Positions 1-7,389 of a stretch of DNA of 64,000 bases are shown here, piece after piece. Each line of letters opens with the position of its first letter. Position 1 is the first letter of the stretch. Location: the NCBI GenBank assembly GCA_005889475.1, contig VBGT01000027.1, positions 1,354-65,353 of the forward strand, given 5' to 3'. Both the position numbers and the translations under genes were made by a program. This DNA is from Chloroflexota bacterium (GTDB lineage Bacteria; Chloroflexota; Limnocylindria; Limnocylindrales; CSP1-4). A model generated the notes under the pieces. That model made no database searches, was not told the DNA's origin, and saw nothing but the letters and a program-made list of their open reading frames with translations.

Positions 1-545
1 AGCTCGGCGAGTCGCGCGTGAGGTACCCGTAGCTTCACCGACGCGATCGAGCTCTCGACCGGGTCGACGTCCTCCCAATCGATGTATCGCTCCTGGAGCG
101 GCAGCCGGAGATTTCTCGCGAGCGTTCGGAACGGACCCTCGATGCCGAGGCGCCGGAGCAGGCCGGCGGCACCGACATCGACAGCGACGAGACGGAGCGA
201 CCCCTCCACGTCATCGAGGCTGATGTCGTTGACCCGTACGACGCGACGGCCGTCGATGTCGACGATCTGCTTGTCCATCAGATCGACCTTGAGGCGGATC
301 TCGTCTGGTCGCTGCTGGAACTTGGCGATGTCGAGCGTCGACGTGTTCAGCCGCGCGCCGGTGGCGTCCATCGTTGCCACCGTCGACCAATGCAGGAAGA
401 TCTTGCGGCGATCGGTCGCGACCACGAGGCCGGTAACAGGCGGGTAGCGCTCGCCCACCTCCACGATGAGGTCTGCCACCTTGCCCATCGGCTCATCCCG
501 CGTATCGCGGACGGGCCGACCGATCAATTGGCTCAGATAGAGCAT
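1..545 (-). CDS. PRC-barrel domain protein, N-terminal fragment (gene continues beyond window start); resembles N-termini of PRC-barrel/MgtE-N/CBS-type Mg2+-transporter-like proteins
   Basis: Own minus-strand translation from ATG 545..543: MLYLSQLIGRPVRDTRDEPMGKVADLIVEVGERYPPVTGLVVATDRRKIFLHWSTV...KVDLMDKQIVDIDGRRVVRVNDISL. The frame is open to base 1. It is absent from the ORF track only because the window edge cuts it. Confidence 0.5.
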   Translation of the reverse strand, partial: MLYLSQLIGRPVRDTRDEPMGKVADLIVEVGERYPPVTGLVVATDRRKIFLHWSTVATMDATGARLNTSTLDIAKFQQRPDEIRLKVDLMDKQIVDIDGRRVVRVNDISLDDVEGSLRLVAVDVGAAGLLRRLGIEGPFRTLARNLRLPLQERYIDWEDVDPVESSIASVKLRVPHARLAE

Positions 546-553
546 CAGCCACC

Positions 554-1039
554 TCAGCCTGTAACGGGCTCGATCGAGTAGAAGACGCCCACGGCGCGGA
601 TGTGCGCGCGGGCCAGCCGGTACACGATGTTCGCCGGGAACGGCTGCTGGCCGGTCGCGCGAATGGCGCGGTCGCGTTCATCGCCCGGCTCGAGCCGGCG
701 TGCCCGCACGCTGATCGGCGCCGTCCGCCGGAACGCGACGTCAGCGGTGCCGGCGGCCTCGAGGTTGCGGGTCCAGCTCACGTCGCCGTTCGGGTGACCG
801 AGGAACCAGCGGTCACGGTCGACGAGCAGCGTCAGCAGCACGCGCCGGTAGGCGCCGGACTTCCGGCCCGCGACCCGCAGCTCGACGACGTTGCCGAGAC
901 CCGCGCCCGACGCCTGCCACGACCCCCGGATCAGCGGATCCATGAAGCCGATGAACGCGTACATCGCGGGCAGGGCGCGGCGCCAGAATCCGGAGGCGCG
1001 CGGCGGCGGAAGCTCCACCCGGGCAAGATAGACGCCCAT
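554..1039 (-). CDS. nitroreductase-family deazaflavin (F420)-dependent oxidoreductase (Ddn/DUF385-like)
   Basis: ORF 554..1084. Family-typical core VAGRKSGAYRRVLLTLLVDRDRWFLGHPNGDVSWTRNLEAAG. Start placed at ATG 1039 (MGVYLARV) behind GGGGGAGG. This ATG overlaps the ATG of the divergent ABC gene by 2 nt. Confidence 0.7.
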   Translation of the reverse strand: MGVYLARVELPPPRASGFWRRALPAMYAFIGFMDPLIRGSWQASGAGLGNVVELRVAGRKSGAYRRVLLTLLVDRDRWFLGHPNGDVSWTRNLEAAGTADVAFRRTAPISVRARRLEPGDERDRAIRATGQQPFPANIVYRLARAHIRAVGVFYSIEPVTG

Positions 1040-1997
1040 GACCTCCCCCGGCACCCTGGCCGTGGCGACGCGCGGCCTGCGCAAGAGCTACGGCTCTCGC
1101 CTCGCCCTCGACGGGCTCGACCTGTCCGTGCCCAGCGGCGTCGTCTACGGGTTCCTCGGGCCGAACGGCGCGGGCAAGACAACGACGATGCGCCTCCTGA
1201 CCGGGCTCCTCCACCCGGACGCCGGCTCGATCGAGCTGCTCGGCCAGCCGTTCCGGCGAGGCGACCGGCGGCGCCTGTTCGAGGTCGGCGCGCTGGTCGA
1301 GTCGCCGTCGTTCTACCCGTACCTGTCCGGACGCCAGAACCTGCGCGCACTCGCGGCGGCGGGAGCGTCGGTTTCGGCGGGGCGGATCGACGAGCTGCTC
1401 GAGCTCGTCGGCCTGCGCGAGCGGGCGAAGGACAAGGTGTCGGGCTACTCGCTGGGCATGAAGCAGCGGCTCGGGATCGCAGGGGCGCTACTCAGCGACC
1501 CGAAGCTGCTCCTCCTCGACGAGCCCGCGAACGGCCTCGACCCGGCGGGGATCGTGGCCATGCGTGAGACGCTCCGCCGCCTGGCTGCCGCGGGGAAGAC
1601 GGTGTTCGTCTCGAGCCACCTGCTCGCCGAGGTGCAGGTCCTCGCCGACGTCATCGGGATCATCGCCGCGGGCCGGCTCGTCCGCGAGGGCAGCCTCGAA
1701 GCGCTCCTGACCGATCAGGGCGTCGTGCGCGTGCGTGTGGGGCGGGAGCAGGCGGACGCCACGCGCGCCGCGCTCGACGGCATCGCTCCCGAGATCGCGG
1801 TCGCAGGCGGCGGTGTCGAGGTCTGGCTGACCGTCCACGTCGAGCCGAGCCGCGCCGCCGAGGTGAACCGCCGCCTCGCCGAGGCCGGCATCTATGCCTC
1901 GGGGCTCGAGGCCGGCACGGACCTCGAGCCGCTGTTCCTGGAGCTGACCGGCGGCGGCGCGTCGGCCGAGGGCACGATGCAGGGCATCGCCCGATGA
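1038..1997 (+). CDS. ABC transporter ATP-binding protein (ABC-2/bacitracin-export type)
   Basis: Walker A GPNGAGKTT, signature YSLGMKQRLG, Walker B LLLLDEP. Confidence 0.9.
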   Translation: MTSPGTLAVATRGLRKSYGSRLALDGLDLSVPSGVVYGFLGPNGAGKTTTMRLLTGLLHPDAGSIELLGQPFRRGDRRRLFEVGALVESPSFYPYLSGRQNLRALAAAGASVSAGRIDELLELVGLRERAKDKVSGYSLGMKQRLGIAGALLSDPKLLLLDEPANGLDPAGIVAMRETLRRLAAAGKTVFVSSHLLAEVQVLADVIGIIAAGRLVREGSLEALLTDQGVVRVRVGREQADATRAALDGIAPEIAVAGGGVEVWLTVHVEPSRAAEVNRRLAEAGIYASGLEAGTDLEPLFLELTGGGASAEGTMQGIAR

Positions 1998-2806
1998 GGA
2001 TCTTCGTCAGCGGGCTGCGCAAGCTGGTCGGTCGGCCGGCGTCGTTCGTCTCGGTCGGGCTGCTCGTCGGTCTCCTCGGGCTGATCATCATTGCCTCGGC
2101 GACGGTCGCGCAGCGGTCCGAGTCACCGAACGCAGGCGCGCGGGCGCTCGCGCTGGTGACGTTCCCCGGCGCGTATGACCTGATCCTGTCGTTCATGCTC
2201 GGTTTCGGGGGGCTGGTCGCGGTCATCTACGGCGCCGCGATCGCCGGCTCGGAGTGGGGCTGGGGAACGCTCAAGAACGCGGTCGCTCGGGGCGAGAGCC
2301 GGACCCGCTACGTCCTGGGCACCTTCGCCGCGATCGTGGTCATGGTCGCGGCGGGCCTGGCGCTCACGTTCGTCCTCGGTGTCGGGATCGCCCTGGTTGG
2401 GGCATCGCTGGCGGGCGTATCGACCGCCGGGCTGACCGACGCCGATACCCTGGCGCGCCTGCCGGCACTGGCCGCTCGCGGCTGGTTCTCGGTCGTCGAG
2501 CAGGCCGCCCTCGGGTTTGCGATCGCCACGCTCGCCCGGAGCCAGCTGGCCGGGATCGGGGCGGGGATCGCGTTCTATTTCGGCGAAGGCTTTGCCTCGA
2601 TCTTCCTGCCCGACATCATCAAGTACATGCCGTTCTCCGTGGCCCGCGCCGCGGTCGACACTGGCGCGACCGGTGGCGGAATCGGCGGCGGGGGGCTGAC
2701 CCAGGCGCTCGCACCGGACACGGCGCTGCTCCTCGTCGCCGCCTGGCTCGTGGGTTCGCTTGTCGTTGCCGTGGGATTCACCGAGCGGGCCGAGATCACG
2801 GGCTGA
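1994..2806 (+). CDS. ABC-2 family transporter permease
   Basis: Hydrophobic multi-TM 270-aa ORF. ATGA start/stop overlap with the ATPase gene. Confidence 0.8.
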   Translation: MRIFVSGLRKLVGRPASFVSVGLLVGLLGLIIIASATVAQRSESPNAGARALALVTFPGAYDLILSFMLGFGGLVAVIYGAAIAGSEWGWGTLKNAVARGESRTRYVLGTFAAIVVMVAAGLALTFVLGVGIALVGASLAGVSTAGLTDADTLARLPALAARGWFSVVEQAALGFAIATLARSQLAGIGAGIAFYFGEGFASIFLPDIIKYMPFSVARAAVDTGATGGGIGGGGLTQALAPDTALLLVAAWLVGSLVVAVGFTERAEITG

Positions 2807-2878
2807 GCCTGGCGCACGCCGCCGCTGAGCCTGGGCCCCGTCGCCCGTTCCTGCCAGAGCCGCCTGTTCCTGTCAGAT

Positions 2879-2893
2879 CTGCGAAATACGCAG
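2879..2893. repeat. 15-nt exact repeat CTGCGAAATACGCAG, copy 1 (itself a 5-bp dyad CTGCG/CGCAG)
   Basis: Read directly. Identical to 2991..3005. Nested in the larger inverted repeat CTGTCAGA 2870..2877 / TCTGACAG 2920..2927. Confidence 0.9.
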
Positions 2894-2990
2894 CACATGG
2901 AAGGCCTGCCGCGCCATGTTCTGACAGCGCTGCAGAATGCGGAGCCCTGTCAACTCCTGGCGTCTTCGGGGCCGAGTTCGACGCCACCCG

Positions 2991-3005
2991 CTGCGAAATA
3001 CGCAG
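2991..3005. repeat. 15-nt exact repeat CTGCGAAATACGCAG, copy 2
   Basis: Read directly. Lies 112 nt downstream of copy 1. A variant CTGCGCGAACGCAG is at 3237..3250. Confidence 0.9.
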
Positions 3006-3072
3006 AAATGACGAGAAGATGCGGGCAGGTCCGCCGCGCGGAGGTCGCACGGCCGGGTACGGTCGGCAGCTG

Positions 3073-3255
3073 AAAATGTTCGGAGCGGCTCCCGAAGGAG
3101 CCGCTCCGATGCTGTCCCGGTGAAGGTATCCGTCGAAACGGACGCTTCTGCCACGCGTCAAGGGCATCTATCACGTCGGCTGCACCGACTACCCTGACCC
3201 AACCTACCCATGACCTTGCCGCTGGGGCAGCTGACCCTGCGCGAACGCAGTGCAC
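3073..3255 (-). ncRNA. candidate structured small RNA (unclassified)
   Basis: Bounded by the -35/-10 pair at 3289..3261 and a 12-bp stem at 3108..3081 followed by AACAUUUUC. Contains several hairpins, three with UUCG loops on this strand only. No convincing CDS. Confidence 0.3.
3081..3108 (-). terminator. perfect 12-bp stem-loop (CGGAGCGGCTCC-CGAA-GGAGCCGCTCCG), probable intrinsic terminator
   Basis: Read directly. On the minus strand the loop is UUCG and the stem is followed by AACATTTTC. There is no T-run on the plus strand. It may also stop read-through from both convergent operons. Confidence 0.45.
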
Positions 3256-3260
3256 TCCGT

Positions 3261-3289
3261 AGTCTAGAGGAGGAGGCCCTCGAATCCAA
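3261..3289 (-). promoter_or_regulatory. sigma-A-type promoter: TTGGAT - 17 nt - TAGACT
   Basis: Minus strand: -35 at 3289..3284, -10 at 3266..3261, spacer exactly 17 nt. The same TANNNT -10 type recurs before genes in this window. Confidence 0.35.
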
Positions 3290-3406
3290 GGGTTTTCGTC
3301 ACGAACTTGGTAAAAATCCCTTAACGGTTCGTGCTCACGGGCGTCTCGCCGGCCTTACAGCCGTGTTGCAGTGCCATGTGTTGGCAACTTCTGTCACAGC
3401 CGCCGG

Positions 3407-3898
3407 TCACTCCTCGACGATCGTCACCGAGGTCATCGCGACCGGCGAATCAGGCATGTCCTTGCTGTTGCGCGGCGCGCTGACGATCTTGTCGACGACG
3501 TCCATGCCCTTGGTGACCTGGCCGAAGATCGTGTAGTTCTTGGGCAGCCGGCCGGACAAGTCGGCGACGCAAACGAAGAACTGGCTGCCGTTCGTGTTCG
3601 GCCCGGCATTGGCCATCGCGAGCGCCCCGCGGCCGTAGTCGCCGTGGATGGGCTCGTCGGGGAACGTGTAGCCCGGTCCTCCGGTGCCGACCCGCGCGGC
3701 GTTGAGGCTTGACTTCTTGCCGTGCTGCCCGTCACCCGCCTGCGCGACGAAGCCCGGGATGACGCGATGGAAGATCACGTCGTCGTAGAAGCCCTTCTTC
3801 GCGAGGTCAATGAAGTTCTGGGCGGCCTTCGGCGCCGCCTGGGTGTAGAGGTCGACCTCGATGTCGCCAACCTCGGTCGAGATGGTCGCGCTGGTCAT
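3407..3898 (-). CDS. peptidyl-prolyl cis-trans isomerase, cyclophilin type (cytoplasmic)
   Basis: FHRVIPGFVAQAGD and GALAMANAGPNTNGSQFF motifs. Start ATG 3898 (MTSATIST) behind GAGGAG. Confidence 0.9.
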   Translation of the reverse strand: MTSATISTEVGDIEVDLYTQAAPKAAQNFIDLAKKGFYDDVIFHRVIPGFVAQAGDGQHGKKSSLNAARVGTGGPGYTFPDEPIHGDYGRGALAMANAGPNTNGSQFFVCVADLSGRLPKNYTIFGQVTKGMDVVDKIVSAPRNSKDMPDSPVAMTSVTIVEE

Positions 3899-3911
3899 GG
3901 CTGGCTCCTCG

Positions 3912-4907
3912 TTACTGCGTGGCCGCCGGAGCGGTGCTGGTGGAAGCTGGGGAGGCACTCGGCGGCGGGGCATCCGCGGCCGTCACCGAGGTCATCACCA
4001 CCGGGTCCAGGGCCTGGTTCCCGGAGTTGGGGCCGCTGTTCGGCATTGCTGCGATCGCGTCGACGACGTCCATGCCGGACGTCACCTCGCCCATGATCGC
4101 GTAGGGGTACGCGACGGACGGGTCGGTCAGCGCCGCATTCGCATCATCGGACAGGACGATGAAGAACTGCGACCCCTGGCTGTCCGGGTTCCCGGTTCGG
4201 GCCATCGCGAGAGTGCCGCGGTGGTACGTCCCGTTGAGCGGGTCGTCCTTGATCGTGTAGCCGGGCCCGCCGCTTCCGGTTCCCGCGGGGTCGCCGCCCT
4301 GGATCACGAAGCCCGGCACGAGGCGATGGAAGACGATGCCGTCGTAGAAGTGGCAGGCGACGAGGGCCACGAAGTTCCCGGTTGCGATCGGCGCCAGCGC
4401 GCCATCGATGCGCATCACGATCGTGCCCTTGGCGGTCTCGATCGTCACGATCTTGACCTGGCCCGCCGCGAGCGGTGCGGGCTGGTTCGTCGGACAGGTG
4501 CCGTCACCGTGACTCTGTACGGCGGCCTGCGTCGCACTGCCCGACGCGCTCGGGCTGGGGGCGGCAGCACCGAACGGGTTGCCGATGAGGAACACGGCGC
4601 CGCCCACCACCACCGCGGCGATGGCCAAGGCGAGGATGGCCGGGTTGTAGCCGCGGCTCCGGCGACCCGAGACGCGGCCGCCACGGACGGCCTTGGGCCG
4701 AACGCCGGACGCGGCACGCTTCGCCGCCCGGTTCTGGGCTCGGGTCAGCTGCCGAGCCCGTTCCGACGCCGCGTCTCCTTCGCCCATCCCGGCGCCGGCA
4801 CTCCCTGCGCCGGCACCGCCGACACCGCCGACGAAGGGCTGCGAGGTGGGGCGCTGGCCTGGTCCCGCGGGCGGGATGCGGCGGCCTCGACGGCGGAGCG
4901 GTCTCAT
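3912..4907 (-). CDS. membrane-anchored cyclophilin-type peptidyl-prolyl isomerase
   Basis: Basic N-terminal tail, one TM segment (ILALAIAAVVVGGAVFLIG), then a cyclophilin domain with FHRLVPGFVIQGGDP and GTLAMARTGNPDSQGSQFF. Confidence 0.85.
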   Translation of the reverse strand: MRPLRRRGRRIPPAGPGQRPTSQPFVGGVGGAGAGSAGAGMGEGDAASERARQLTRAQNRAAKRAASGVRPKAVRGGRVSGRRSRGYNPAILALAIAAVVVGGAVFLIGNPFGAAAPSPSASGSATQAAVQSHGDGTCPTNQPAPLAAGQVKIVTIETAKGTIVMRIDGALAPIATGNFVALVACHFYDGIVFHRLVPGFVIQGGDPAGTGSGGPGYTIKDDPLNGTYHRGTLAMARTGNPDSQGSQFFIVLSDDANAALTDPSVAYPYAIMGEVTSGMDVVDAIAAMPNSGPNSGNQALDPVVMTSVTAADAPPPSASPASTSTAPAATQ

Positions 4908-5605
4908 GCGGCGGCCTCTCGGGCGGTCTCGTAGTCGATCGCCCCGGACAGGAGCGCCTCGCCGAGGATGATGCCCGCTGCGCCCGCGTCGCGCACGCGC
5001 CGGACCCCCTCGACGTCGCCGACGCCGCCGGCGACGAGCAGATCAGCGTCGACGGTCCGGGCGATGGCGGCGATCTGGCCGACCTCCGCGTCGCCGGTCG
5101 CGTGGCCGAGCACGAAGCGCCGCACGCCCCGGCCGGCGAGCTCCGAGAGAAGGTCGTGGAGCGTCGGTGTGGCCGGGCGATGCCACGGAAACGCGGCCAA
5201 GCGGTCGGCGCGCGCGTCGAGCCCGACCGCCAGCCAGTCGCCCGCGACGTCGAGGCAGGCGCGCAGCACGGCCGCATCGTCGGCCACGGCCAGGCTCGTG
5301 ACGACCCGGGTGGCGCCCGCCGCGAAGGCGACCTGGATCGCCTCGGCAGAATCGAGCCCGCCGGCGAGCTGGAGCGGCGTCGCGACGCGCCCGGCGATCG
5401 CGCCGATCGCCTCGAGATTGACCGGTGCGCCTCGCCGGGCGCCGTCGAAGTCGACCACGTGGACGAGCGGCGCCCCGAGGCCGACGAAATGCTCGGCGAT
5501 ACGCTCGGGCCGATCGGTCGGCGCCCCGACGCCGGTCGAGACGCCGGGCCAGAACACGACCCGCGAGCGCCCCTTTTCGATGTCGATCGCGGGGATGACC
5601 TGCAC
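4904..5605 (-). CDS. HisA/HisF-family (beta/alpha)8-barrel protein, divergent HisA-like paralogue
   Basis: VQVIPAIDIEKGRSRVV...VHVVDFDGARRGAPVN...LQLAGGLDS...LLVAGGVGDVEGV pattern. GTG start at 5605 lies just after the DUF885 stop. Its stop overlaps the next gene's ATG. Confidence 0.7.
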   Translation of the reverse strand: MQVIPAIDIEKGRSRVVFWPGVSTGVGAPTDRPERIAEHFVGLGAPLVHVVDFDGARRGAPVNLEAIGAIAGRVATPLQLAGGLDSAEAIQVAFAAGATRVVTSLAVADDAAVLRACLDVAGDWLAVGLDARADRLAAFPWHRPATPTLHDLLSELAGRGVRRFVLGHATGDAEVGQIAAIARTVDADLLVAGGVGDVEGVRRVRDAGAAGIILGEALLSGAIDYETAREAAA

Positions 5606-5612
5606 CGAGCCG

Positions 5613-7364
5613 TCAGGCGGGCCGGGCCGGCGCCCGTGCCGGAGCCGACACCGCGCCATCCGAAGGACCGGAGCTGCCCTCGCCGTGCAGCGCCCGCCGG
5701 TGGAAGCTGATCGGGAGCGAGCCGCCGCGGAGCAGCGCGTCGTGGAACCCGCGCAGCGAGAAGGCGCTGTCGAGCCGGCGATGCTCCTCCTCCCGCAGCT
5801 GGAGCAGCAGCACCTTGCCGAGCAGGTAGGACAGGTTGTATGTCGGCGTGTAGGTGTAGCGCCGTGCCTCGGCGAGGGCATTCGGCCGCTCGAAGGAGGT
5901 GTGCGCCACGAGGAAGTCCGTCGCCTCCTCGATCGACACCTCGCCCCGGTGCATCCGCACGTCCAGGATGATCCGGGCGGCGCGCCAGATCGCGTCCGTC
6001 GCCAGGGCCAGCCGGAACTCCGGACCGTCGTCGAAGCTCTGCTCGCGCATCATCTGCTCGCTGTACATGCCCCACCCCTCGACGAACTCGGGGGCGTCGA
6101 CCTGGGCCCGCGTCAGCGACGGGTGGCGGGCGGCGAGCGCGAGCTGCAGGTGATGGCCGGGGTACGCCTCGTGGATGCTCGTGTTGCTGATCGAGGCGCG
6201 ATAGTGCTCGCGAAGGGCGTCGGGATGATCGTCGACCGACGGCGTGACAACGTACACCCCGACCGGCGCCGGGTCCCACCGGGCGGGCTCGAAGTACGCC
6301 GCGAAGGGCATGACGCCGCGGAGGTAGGGCGGCGTGGCGATGACCTCGACCCGCTCGTCCGGCGGCACGGTCACGATGTCGTGGTCGATCAGGTGCTGCC
6401 TGGCGCGACGCATGTCGTCGCGGTAGCCCTCCAGGGCCGCCTCGAACGTCGACGGATGGTCGGCCTTGACGCGGGCGATGACCTCGGCCTCGGTCGCGGC
6501 GGGATCGATCTTGCGCGCGGCCGCGGCCCGATCGGCATGGTTGCGCTCGAGCTGCTGCCACCCGATCTCGAGGATCGCGTCGGCATCGAGGCCATCGAAC
6601 GCGCGCAGCCGGAGGAGCTCGTCGTACCGCTCGCGGCCGATCGGCCAGTCGGAGGTCGCGTCGGGCAGGATCTCGAGCAGCCATTCGGCCTGGTCCTCGA
6701 TCGCCTTCTTGGCGCGCTCGACGGCGCCGCCGAGGCGACGGCGGTCCGCGGCAGCCACGTCGGCGCCCTGCATCTCGGCTGCGGCGACGATCTCGTCCAG
6801 GAAGCGCGGCACATTCCGGCTGGCGTTGAGCTCGATCTCCAGCCACGGCGCGACCTGGGGCACGACCGCACGACTGCGGTATGCGGCGAGGAAGACGGGC
6901 GCCGCTTCGAGCCGGGCGGCGATCGATTCGAGTCGCTCGGGAAGTGGCGCGAAGTCGCGGGTGAACAGGGGGAACAGCGCGTCGCCAAGGGCTGACGCCC
7001 CGGTCGAGCGACGCTCCCAGACCCGAACCGTCTCCGCTCGGTAGATCGCCAGGCGGACGTGATGGAGCTCCAGCTCACGCTCGAATCGCGCCTCCGGCGA
7101 GAGCCCGGCCGGATCGAACCCCTCGAGCGAGGCCACGTGGGCCTTGTCGCGCTGGATGTCCGCCAGCACTCGCTCCCGCGACGGGTCCGCCAGCTCGTGA
7201 TCCCAGGCATGGATGCCGAGGAGCGTCGCGAGCGTCGGCTCCGACTCGACCACCCGCCGGAAGCGCGATTCGACGAGGTCGTAGAGCCGGTCGTCGAGCG
7301 GCCCCGGAATGGCCGCCGGCGTGGCGCGCGTGAGCTCGACGCCGCCGAAGCTTCGGGCCGTCAC
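5613..7364 (-). CDS. DUF885 family protein (metallopeptidase-like)
   Basis: Long helical protein with HEAYPGHHLQ motif. Start set at GTG 7364, the first in-frame start after the upstream gene's stop at 7390. Confidence 0.75.
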   Translation of the reverse strand: MTARSFGGVELTRATPAAIPGPLDDRLYDLVESRFRRVVESEPTLATLLGIHAWDHELADPSRERVLADIQRDKAHVASLEGFDPAGLSPEARFERELELHHVRLAIYRAETVRVWERRSTGASALGDALFPLFTRDFAPLPERLESIAARLEAAPVFLAAYRSRAVVPQVAPWLEIELNASRNVPRFLDEIVAAAEMQGADVAAADRRRLGGAVERAKKAIEDQAEWLLEILPDATSDWPIGRERYDELLRLRAFDGLDADAILEIGWQQLERNHADRAAAARKIDPAATEAEVIARVKADHPSTFEAALEGYRDDMRRARQHLIDHDIVTVPPDERVEVIATPPYLRGVMPFAAYFEPARWDPAPVGVYVVTPSVDDHPDALREHYRASISNTSIHEAYPGHHLQLALAARHPSLTRAQVDAPEFVEGWGMYSEQMMREQSFDDGPEFRLALATDAIWRAARIILDVRMHRGEVSIEEATDFLVAHTSFERPNALAEARRYTYTPTYNLSYLLGKVLLLQLREEEHRRLDSAFSLRGFHDALLRGGSLPISFHRRALHGEGSSGPSDGAVSAPARAPARPA

Positions 7365-7389
7365 CGAGTGCGAGGTCGCGCCACTGCCG

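Noticed and set aside
2950-3255. 101-aa minus-strand ORF starting with GTG exactly at the predicted transcription start of the sRNA candidate (possible leaderless small protein)
   Set aside because: Third-codon positions are clearly less GC-biased than in neighbouring genes. The frame reads straight through the perfect 12-bp terminator-like stem. The peptide has no TM segment or motif, and the gap to the -10 box is 5 nt rather than the 6-8 nt seen elsewhere. It is kept only as the alternative hypothesis.
3210-3536. 108-aa plus-strand ORF in the intergenic gap
   Set aside because: Its 3' third overlaps the cyclophilin gene antisense. There is no SD or -10 box at a suitable distance, and the composition is not coding-like.
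4504-6995. 780-aa minus-strand (4504..6846) and 675-aa plus-strand (4968..6995) ORFs
   Set aside because: These are alternative or antisense frames over the cyclophilin, HisA-like and DUF885 genes. They are low-complexity Arg/Pro/Ser-rich sequences, and the annotated frames carry the recognisable motifs.
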